From positions 681,449 to 745,448 of the forward strand of contig CAVSGP010000009.1 of NCBI GenBank assembly GCA_963727505.1: a stretch of 64,000 nt of DNA, written 5' to 3'. This stretch comes from an uncultured Trueperaceae bacterium (GTDB lineage: Bacteria > Deinococcota > Deinococci > Deinococcales > Trueperaceae). Shown piece after piece: positions 56,065 through 64,000 of the stretch. The position numbers were made by a program, and so were the translations under genes. Below the pieces are notes generated by a model. The model saw only the letters and a list, made by a program, of their open reading frames with translations. It made no database searches and had not been told where the DNA came from. The first letter of the stretch is position 1. Every line of letters starts with the position of its first letter.

Positions 56065-56096
56065 GTAAGAGTGCCGTAAGTCGCCGGTGCTACTCT
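56065..56096 (+). promoter_or_regulatory. Pilin promoter 1 with tandem GTAAG box
   Basis: GTAAG(56065)-N6-GTAAG(56076)-N10-TACTCT(56091). Confidence 0.65.
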
Positions 56097-56191
56097 TGAT
56101 GGCGACGCGGGAATGCCCCGTGTTGGACTACCTGCGGGGACGTGAGTTCATCCTTATTCCTCATCCTCCCTGCGACCGAAAGGAGCGCAAC

Positions 56192-56387
<196 letters not shown>

Positions 56388-56486
56388 CGTAGCATGGTGC
56401 ACGCTCATGAGCCCCGTTCCCGCGGAGCCTGCTGTCTGTGAGACGTTCATCACACTCGTTCCAGAGAAGTCCTACAAGAAGGCGAA

Positions 56487-56518
56487 GTAAGGATTTTGTA
56501 ATGGACGTGTCATAGCGT
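56487..56518 (+). promoter_or_regulatory. Pilin promoter 2 with tandem GTAA box
   Basis: GTAAG(56487)-N6-GTAAT(56498)-N10-TAGCGT(56513). Confidence 0.55.
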
Positions 56519-56554
56519 TGACGTTAGTGTTCTCATGGAAAGGAGGTGCCAGCT

Positions 56555-56908
56555 ATGGCGCGACGGCAGGGCTTCACGCTGATCGAGCTGTTGATCGTCA
56601 TCGCGATCATCGGTATCCTCGCTGCCGTGCTCATCCCGCAGCTCTTCCGGGCGCGCGAGGTCGCACAGTATCGTGCCGCCCAAGCGCACACGATCAACGT
56701 GTACACCGCGGACATGAGCTACCTGTCCGAAGACCCTACGCACAGTGCAGTATTGGGTCCCTGTACGTCCGGTTTCACCGCCGGGGCCTACGTTGTGCAA
56801 GACCCAAAGAATCCAAGGATCGCGTCCTGCAACGTCGATGTGAATTCCGACGGTCTGCCCGAGGTCATGACCACCATGACCGACGGCCGGGTCGTGAGCT
56901 ACCCGTGA
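56555..56908 (+). CDS. Type IV pilin (PilA-like)
   Basis: [13 protein letters not shown] class III signal peptide; two Cys in the C-domain; SD AGGAGG. Confidence 0.93.
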   Translation: MARRQGFTLIELLIVIAIIGILAAVLIPQLFRAREVAQYRAAQAHTINVYTADMSYLSEDPTHSAVLGPCTSGFTAGAYVVQDPKNPRIASCNVDVNSDGLPEVMTTMTDGRVVSYP

Positions 56909-56949
56909 CCCGGTAAGAGTTCAGGGCCAAGCGGCAGTGTGGCAAATCT

Positions 56950-56981
56950 GTAAGAGTTCCGTAAGTCGGCAGCGCTAAATT
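56950..56981 (+). promoter_or_regulatory. Pilin promoter 3 with tandem GTAAG box
   Basis: GTAAG(56950)-N6-GTAAG(56961)-N10-TAAATT(56976). Confidence 0.65.
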
Positions 56982-57078
56982 GGTCATACGTGAACATGAA
57001 GTTCACGACAGCACTACGCAGAGAGCCTAGGGACGTCATCTCTCATATCATCCCGGTTCTCAGAAAGGAAGTTGAGTC

Positions 57079-57474
57079 ATGAGGAGCCGTAGACGCGGGA
57101 ATCAGGGCTTCACCCTGATCGAACTCTTGATCGTCATCGCGATCATCGGGATTCTGGCTGCTGTGCTCATCCCGAACCTGCTGCGCGCGCGCAAGGTTGC
57201 TTCTACGCGGGCGGCGGAGTCGTACGCGCACAATGTTTACACGGCAGCGGAGGCTTACTTGGCCGAGCACGTGGGCGCAACGGCTACTGACGTTGCTGCA
57301 ACTGACTGCCAGGTTAGCTACGACGCGGCCGGCGCAGGCGAGTACACGGCTAGCGGTGGAAGCAGTCAATTGCTTCAGGACTGCGCCGTGACCGGCACTG
57401 GTGGCGATGTCCAGGTTACGTGGCACTACGGTCCGGGTACCACGAAGGACGGGGATCCAGGTACTCTTCCGTAA
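57079..57474 (+). CDS. Type IV pilin (PilA-like; candidate major pilin)
   Basis: [10 protein letters not shown]; two Cys; followed by a strong terminator. Confidence 0.93.
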   Translation: MRSRRRGNQGFTLIELLIVIAIIGILAAVLIPNLLRARKVASTRAAESYAHNVYTAAEAYLAEHVGATATDVAATDCQVSYDAAGAGEYTASGGSSQLLQDCAVTGTGGDVQVTWHYGPGTTKDGDPGTLP

Positions 57475-57483
57475 TTGACGTGA

Positions 57484-57557
57484 GCATCTTTCACCGATTC
57501 CCGGGTGAAGATGCCGACGCCCTCCCGTCAGGTACTGACGGGAGGGCGTCGTTTCTT
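57484..57557 (+). terminator. Tandem hairpins / intrinsic terminator after the third pilin
   Basis: GCATCTTTCACC/GGTGAAGATGC hairpin, then a perfect 17-bp stem CGACGCCCTCCCGTCAG-GTA-CTGACGGGAGGGCGTCG followed by TTTCTT. Confidence 0.8.
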
Positions 57558-57566
57558 GCATATGCA

Positions 57567-59266
57567 ATGAGAGTCGCCGGAACCCTGGGCATGTTCGTGG
57601 TGGTGGGTGCCGTCTGGATGCGGCCCGCATTCATGTGGGACGTGCCACCACTCTGGGCGCTCGTCGTCGCTCTTCTTGTGTTGGCGGTGGGGTGGCGGCG
57701 CGTGCCCCTGTCGGTCACCGCATGGTGGCTCCTCGGCCTGGCCACACTAGCGTACGGCTTGACCCCCGGAGCGACCCTGGTCGCAGCATTGTGGACGCTG
57801 GCATACCTGGCCGCATGGGCGGTCGCTTGGCGTGCCGGCTTGATCGTTGCCCTGCTTTGGGTCTTATTGCAGGGCGTTTGGTCGGGCCTAAGCCTTCAGT
57901 TGTTCGGCATGGCGCAGTACTTCTCTGGCTCGATCGGCTACCTCACGGGCGCTGTCGCGCTGGCGTTGCTCCCCTGGGCTTTCCAGAGGGGGACGACGTC
58001 AAGCTCGCTCCCTGGTCGAGTTTGGGGCTGGCTGGTCTCGGCCATCGCAGCCTACGCGGCGCTGTCGTCGGGCTCGCGGGCGGTTTACCTGGCGTTCGCG
58101 GTCGTGGCGCTTGCGATGATCATACGGACGCTGCTCCAGGGTCGCATGGTCGGCAGGACCGCGCTCACCGTCGCGGTCGTGGCGCTCGCGGTCGGCGGGG
58201 CGAACGTGGCGGTGCCTGGCCGCCCGATCACCACTGCGCTGGGACTCAAGGCCAGGGCGTCGGTGGCCGCGCTATCGGCACAAGGACCCGAGCCCGGGAC
58301 GGGTGCTGCAGTCGCGGATCATTCGGTGTCCTCCCCCGGTCCCCGCAGAGACGAGAACGCCATCGCCTCACGTTTGAAGATGTGGGATCAGACTCTCCGG
58401 ATCGGGCTGACGCACCCCTTCGGTACCGGGCTCGGTTCGTTCCGAGGCACCATAGCAGGCTTCCAACGGTACCCGTCCGTGAACTTCGCGAGCGCTCACA
58501 ACGTTCTCCTAGAGGTCTTCGCTACCGAGGGCTGGCCAGGGCTGCTGTTGATGGGATTCATCCTGGTAGCCAGCCTGCGGCGGGGCTGGCGCGATCCCGG
58601 ACGGTGGCCTTTCGCCCTCGGGGCGGCGGGACTGTGGCTCACCATGTGCTTCGACATCACGTGGAGCATGCCGGTGATACCTCTGTTGGGATTCTGGGGG
58701 CTCTCGGTCGCGCATGGTGGTCGGTCGCGTGCTGCCAACGACGTAACTCGTAACGCCAGGATGTACCGCCGCACGGCTCCGATCGTGGCCGGGGTGGCGG
58801 GGTGGCGGCGGTGGCGCTGATCGCGACTTGGTACGTGCCGTGCCCGGGCAGCACGTGCACACTGACGCGGCACCTCGGCTTCCGTTCAGAGATTACGAAG
58901 CTCGCTCGTCACGTGCCCGAGAACGAGCGGGCCGCGTTGCTCGTCCGCCTCGAGGCGCTGTATCCGAAGAGCGCATGGGTCTGGTACCTGGTCCGAGACT
59001 CGGCCTCGACCTCCGCAGCCAAGGTGGCTGCTGACCAGGCCATCGTGCGGCGCTTTCCGCTGGCGTCACCGGCAGTCTACCTTGAGTTGGCCAGGCTCGA
59101 GCTGGAGCGTGGCAACAGGGCTGCAGCGCGCGACACTCTAGAGCACGGACTGGCGGTCTTCCCCCCGGCCCTCTCACCGGCTGGTGTGCCTCTGGTATCG
59201 AGGAGCCAGGAGTACTCCACTTGGGTGACGGACGCTCAGGCGCTGCTAGCGAGCCTTTCGGACTGA
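57567..59266 (+). pseudogene. O-antigen ligase / pilin oligosaccharyltransferase-like membrane protein with TPR-like tail; one frameshift at ~58800
   Basis: SGSRAVY, SRLKMW, HPFGTGLGSF and AHNVLLE (Wzy_C) motifs; continues into ORF 58802-59266 if one G is added to a G run. Confidence 0.8.
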
Positions 59267-59285
59267 GGTCGAATGTGGGCCGCGG

Positions 59286-60635
59286 TTAGAAGGCGCCGTG
59301 CTGCCGCATCACGGACAGCGGGGTACGCGCCAGGATGACGAGATCGAGCCACAGGCTCCAATTGCGCACATAGTAGGTGTCGAGCCGGACGCGCTGCGGG
59401 TAGTCCAGGAGACTCCGGCCGGACACCTGCCACAGACCCGTCAGGCCGGGAAGCACCGAGGTGTAGAGGTGCCGGTGCATGCCGTAGAGGTGGAGCTCGG
59501 AGCGGGTGATCGCCCGTGGCCCGACCAGACTCATCTGGCCCCTTAGGATGTTCACGAGCTGGGGAAGCTCGTCGAGGGACGTCCGACGTAGCCACTTGCC
59601 GACCCGCGTTACACGTGGATCGTTCGCGAGCTTGCGGGCCCGCTCCCACTCGGCAGCGCGTTCCGGGTCCACAGCCAGGACGTCATGGAGGCGACGATCG
59701 GCATCAAGGTACATGGTGCGGAACTTCAGGATGCGGAACGGTCTGCCGTGCCTGCCGATGCGCGTCTGGGTGTAGAAGACGTCGCCTGGACTGTCGAGCC
59801 GGATCGCGGCTGCGATCAGGCCGAGTGCGACGACGGCGAAGGGCGACGCCAGGAGCAGGATGATCCACTCCGTCGTTCGCTTGAGCCAGCGGTTGACGGG
59901 CTCGGCGAGGTTGTTCCGCAACCGGAGCGTGAGATGACCCTGGAGGTCTTGCACGGTCACCCATGCGCTCGAGATGTCGAGGAGGTCGGGGACCAACCAT
60001 ACGTTGGTGAACTTGGAAGCGAGGTCGTCTAGGAGCTGCGCAAGGCTCTGGCCGGCCAACCCTTCCGGCACGATGAGGATACGCGTGGATGGGGGATGGC
60101 TCGCGGCGGGCAGCGTCTGTCCCACGGGTCGAGGCCGGATGCCGAGCGTAGGCGTGGCGCGAAGCAACTCCACCAGTGTCAACGCGCGCGGCGATTCGCC
60201 AAGCACAAGGACCGGGAGTCCGTACCTCGGGGAGTTGGCCATCAGTTGCTTCAAGCCGGCCCGGACGAGCGGGAGTCCGACGAACACCCAGAGGGCGACC
60301 AGGCCGAGCACGGTCCGGGAGTAATCGGCACTGAACCGGAAGACCAGGCCCAGTACGGCGAACGCGGCCACGACGAAGGTGCTCGACCAGGTCTGGCGAC
60401 GGAGCTCGTCGGGTGCGGTCAGCCCGTAGCCGGGGTAGAGGCCGAAGGCGAAGCGAACAAGCAGGAGGAGGGCCAGGGCCGGAAGCAGGGTCGCGTAAGT
60501 TCGGACCGGTACGAAGGCTCCGAACGACAAGCCGTCGGAGCCCAGCGCGATACGGACGCCGACCGCTACGACACCTGCCGCGGCGGTCGTGATCGCGTCG
60601 ACGAGTGCCATGACGACCGGAACGACCCAACGCAC
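59286..60635 (-). CDS. wbaP: Undecaprenyl-phosphate sugar phosphotransferase (WbaP family)
   Basis: KFRTM, DPRVTRVGKWLRRTSLDELPQL, MSLVGPR, PGLTGLWQVSGR and YYVRNWSLWLD motifs. Confidence 0.93.
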   Translation of the reverse strand: MRWVVPVVMALVDAITTAAAGVVAVGVRIALGSDGLSFGAFVPVRTYATLLPALALLLLVRFAFGLYPGYGLTAPDELRRQTWSSTFVVAAFAVLGLVFRFSADYSRTVLGLVALWVFVGLPLVRAGLKQLMANSPRYGLPVLVLGESPRALTLVELLRATPTLGIRPRPVGQTLPAASHPPSTRILIVPEGLAGQSLAQLLDDLASKFTNVWLVPDLLDISSAWVTVQDLQGHLTLRLRNNLAEPVNRWLKRTTEWIILLLASPFAVVALGLIAAAIRLDSPGDVFYTQTRIGRHGRPFRILKFRTMYLDADRRLHDVLAVDPERAAEWERARKLANDPRVTRVGKWLRRTSLDELPQLVNILRGQMSLVGPRAITRSELHLYGMHRHLYTSVLPGLTGLWQVSGRSLLDYPQRVRLDTYYVRNWSLWLDLVILARTPLSVMRQHGAF

Positions 60636-61133
60636 GTCGGTTCAAGCCTACGTTGCCTTCGACGCCCGTGCTGTGTGAATCTCAATTGGGGAGTACGGTG
60701 ATGCCCGGGTGAACCTCCGTTAGTCTTGGGGCGGCTGGCCTGGGGCTGGCTGCAACGCTGGAGTCGGTACCTTCCGTGGAGTATGTATCGTGAGCCGTCT
60801 TGCCGCGCTCGATCGTGATTGAGGCACCTCAAGCAGCGGACCGATAACTGGCTACGCCGACATCCACCAGCGCCAAGGAAATCGGGGCAACCCACCGGTG
60901 GTTTCGCGGAATGAGACGGACCAAGACGAACAGGTCGAGAAGCTTTGTCAAAGCGCGCGTCCAACCTCATGAGCAACTACACTCCGTCATTGCAGCCAGC
61001 CCCAACCCGTCGCCGCTACCACGTGGGTGCCTCATGATAACTATGTGGTCAACGTGCGCCAAGTGAGGACTTTCCCACGATCAATCAAGTTCGTGGACTC
61101 TATGCGGCCGGGTCGTACTTCCCCGCCAAACGT

Positions 61134-62075
61134 TCACCTACGTTGATTCCGGTCATGTTCCGTGGATTGCCAGTGTGCCGAATGCAAGCTCAACCGAGCT
61201 ACGATCGACCGCGGCATAGCTGCATATCGAAGACCAAGTTGGAAGCCGAGGCCCTTCGCTACCGCCTCGAGGATTGCGGCCGGAATCCACTGAGGGACAC
61301 CTGTCGCCGCCAGCCACCGAATCAAGCCCTCCATATAGCGCGCACCTGGACGGCCGACCCCGATGTCGGCAACGCTGATCCCGCTTGCGCAAACACGGTT
61401 CCGATGTCGAAGTACCGCCGGAACGTCTCACCCACGGTGTAGCTGTGAGAATGTCGGACAAGCGAGTCAGAGACGTATGCATATCGCATTCCCGCCCGGA
61501 GAAGCTTGGCAGCGAAGAGCATGTCCTCGTTCATCACGGTGTTCCGCGGGAACCCCCCAAGATCTTCGAAGACTCGGCTGTCAATTGCTGAACTGCTGTT
61601 GGAGAAGAAGACGGCTCGCACCCCGAGACGATCAAGATCTTCTGGCTCGACGATGCGGCCCGTCTCAGGGTAGTTGATGGACCGAGCGTAACTCTCCAGA
61701 GGCGATGCGTCCGCCCGAGGGACTTGCCTCGAGAAACATGCCGCCACCCCTCCGTGGAGGATCGGAGCTATGAGCTTCTCGAGCCAATCGGACCGAATCG
61801 GAAAGAGTCCTGTGTCAGGAAGACGGAAAGGCCCGCCCTCGGCGAGATCTGCAGCTCGGTTGCGTACGGTCGCGTGATGGAAGGCTTCTCGGCGCACAGT
61901 GTAGACCGCGCCCCCAAACTAGAGAAGATTCGGGGGTCCCGTCCCGGCTCTCGGAATCCATGACGATGAGCTCGGTCGCCTGGACGGTCTGCCTATGAAG
62001 AGCGTCGATGAGGGCTCCGGCGTACCCGGCAGCATCCAATGTCGGGAGAATGATGCTCGCGATAGGTCGACTCAT
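61134..62075 (-). pseudogene. GT2 glycosyltransferase (rhamnosyltransferase-like), multiple frameshifts
   Basis: Fragments SIILPTLDA...MDSES, FHHATVRN, RQVPRADA, FFSNSSSA, NED and HSHSY...FRRYFDIG spread over several frames. Confidence 0.8.
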
Positions 62076-62997
62076 CGTGTCCCGTAAGCTTCCGTTTCCC
62101 CATACGCCCCCGCACTCCATCCACGACACCGTCGATAATGGCAGCAAGCTTCTTGCCACGGTGGTCCTCGAACGTCAAGACGCGCAAAAGATTGTACGTG
62201 CTGCTCGTGACGTCGAAGAGGAGCCAGTGCGGAAATGCAAGTCCGTACTCGAGGCGCATCCTCACAGCATTCCTATGGATGTAGTACAGCCTGTCGGCGG
62301 AGTGGAAGGTGGGCCGGAACCTGAAACGACCGATCGATCGCTCCTGCTTGTCTCCCAGACTGTGGTAGAGCAAAGCGTCCCGTACGACCACGATGGCATA
62401 GCCATTCCTCTTGGCTCGAAGACAGTACTCGTGGTCGACATAGTCGATGAAGAATTCGTCCCTGAAGGGGCCGATGCTGCGATAGACGTCTAGGTCCATC
62501 AGGGCGCCGGAGGTGATCACGAACGTAACGTCGTCACGCAGGGGCCCTTCACAGTCCACACGTTCGTATAGTACGGGCAAGCGCCGGTGCGGACGAAGCC
62601 AGCGATAGTCTTCTTGTGGATTCGTGTTTCAACGATCGTCGGTCCGAACAGCGCGGCCTTCAGGCTTCCCTGGTAGCGAGCACGAGCCTCGACAAGGTGC
62701 TGCACCATGTCTTTCGCAGGAACACTGTCCTGGTCTAGCGTAATGGCCCAATGGAAGCCACGATCCCGCGCTGCCCCGATGCCTTGGTTCAGTGCCGTCG
62801 CGATTCCGAGGTTGACATCGTTCCTGATGACGGTCGAGGATGAGAGAACCCGGCCCTGAGGTGATCGATTTCGGTCTGGGGCGTGCCGTTGTCCACGATG
62901 AATACTCGGTCGACTTGACGTGCGATGCTCGAAGTCTCGTAGCGAACCCTTCGTCGGGACGGTAGGTCACGATGCGCGCAGACAAGTCGATTGGCAC
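62072..62997 (-). pseudogene. GT2 glycosyltransferase (rhamnosyltransferase-like), multiple frameshifts; 3' end approximate
   Basis: Fragments IVTYRPD, IVDNG, ITSGAL, FRDEFFIDYVDHEYCLR and RLYYIHRN. Confidence 0.8.
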
Positions 62998-63992
62998 GCC
63001 CGGACCCGCCGAAAAGACTCGACTTGTCGAAGTCTGGCCCGGCGAGCAACTGGTTGGGGCAAAGCAGGCGGGTATGTCAGACTAGCGTCCAACTCCTCGT
63101 CGCTGATGAGCCTGGATTTCTGGATTGCGTTCCTCGCCGAGAGTGCGGCTGGCAACCCCAACGGCACCTGCCACGGCGCGGAGATAGACCCCACCTCGCC
63201 CAGACCAGAGGGCGACCCAACCCTTGAGGCAACCTCAACAACGAGTAGCCATCCATACTTCCGGATCAGCTCCTTAGGCATACACTTCCCGTAGGTCCAG
63301 ATGTGATTTCGCGTGTTGTAGTACAGGTTGAGCTTGGAACGTTCTCCTTGGCTCGCGCTGACGCGATGCCGCACGACGGCAGCCTCGCAAAAGTAGGCCT
63401 TCCAGCCGCGTAACTGCCCCCTGAACGCAAGGTCGGTATCCTCGCAGTTCATGAAGAAGGTCTCGTCGAGAAACCCCACGGCGTCGAGCATCCTTCGTCG
63501 GTATAGCGCACCTCCCGCACATGCACTGAAGACGTAGCCGGAGGAGGGCGAACGGTCGTAGGACGGTGCCTGTGCATCTGGAATCCTCGGCCGGTGACTT
63601 TGCACCCGTCACCGGCCGAGTCCGTCGTTCCTCGATCCCAATCAGTGATGTGCGATGCGACGAGCCCGACATCTGGGTGGGATTCGCAGCATGCAACAAG
63701 GTTCTCGAGCCACGCCCTGTCAGGTTTCGTATCGTTGTTCAGCAGGACGATGTAATCACCGGAGACGCCTCGAAGCCGGCAACGTTCCCGCCCGCAAAAC
63801 CCCTATTCTCCTTCAACTCCACGACACGGACTTGCGGGCCAACCCGCGTGACATAATCGATGGACGCATCAGTCGACCCGTTGTCCACGACGATGATTCG
63901 TCCGGGGGTAGGGACTGTGCCTCCAAAGCTGGAAGGCAGACTTCGAGATGATGTTTGCCGTTCCAGTTCACGATAATGATGCTGGTTCTCAT
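62967..63992 (-). pseudogene. GT2 glycosyltransferase (WbbL-like), multiple frameshifts
   Basis: Starts MRTSIIIVNWNGKHHLEVCL at 63992; later fragments include VVDNGSTD, FSACAGGALYRR and GFLDETFFMNCEDTDLAFR. Confidence 0.8.
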
Positions 63993-64000
63993 GTTGCAGC

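Noticed and set aside
56101..56191. c-di-GMP-I riboswitch in the pilin UTR (GGGACG present)
   Set aside because: Lacks the GGCAAA, GAAA-loop and GCAAAG context and the two-stem architecture.

Overview
GC-rich chromosomal window from a Deinococcota bacterium, probably Trueperaceae/Deinococcales-like. The placement is inferred from the pilMNO-W-Q order, fused secDF, short IF2, giant TamB, PlsY-reductase fusion and many leaderless genes. Bases 1-55 kb are intact housekeeping and envelope genes: type IV pilus pilMNOWQ, ftsH, dnaB, plsY fusion, prmA, secDF, rimP-nusA-ylxR-infB, a class V aminotransferase, pheST, glmS, glgA, ctpA, an ABC exporter, tamB, acyP-trpC, an M16 peptidase pair with Lpt-like genes, rel and a LMW-PTP. 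From about 56 kb the sequence looks lower in GC and carries three tandem type IV pilins, an O-antigen-ligase-like gene, wbaP and three GT2 genes, several of them frameshifted. The most interesting signals are cis-regulatory or unusual fusions: (1) a leaderless, signal-peptide-bearing uORF ending RLQLEGG-stop directly upstream of secDF, a candidate secretion-monitoring arrest peptide; (2) a rearranged glmS ribozyme with a ~125-nt multi-stem insertion in the core and no P4 at its normal position; (3) a PlsY domain lacking the catalytic His, fused to an acyl-ACP-reductase-like domain; (4) a GTAAG-N6-GTAA(G/T)-N10-TAnnnT promoter box shared by all three pilin genes; (5) leaderless leader-peptide attenuators upstream of pheST and the aminotransferase. 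No CRISPR array, rRNA, tRNA or recognisable mobile element was seen. All calls come from reading the sequence by eye; no searches were run.
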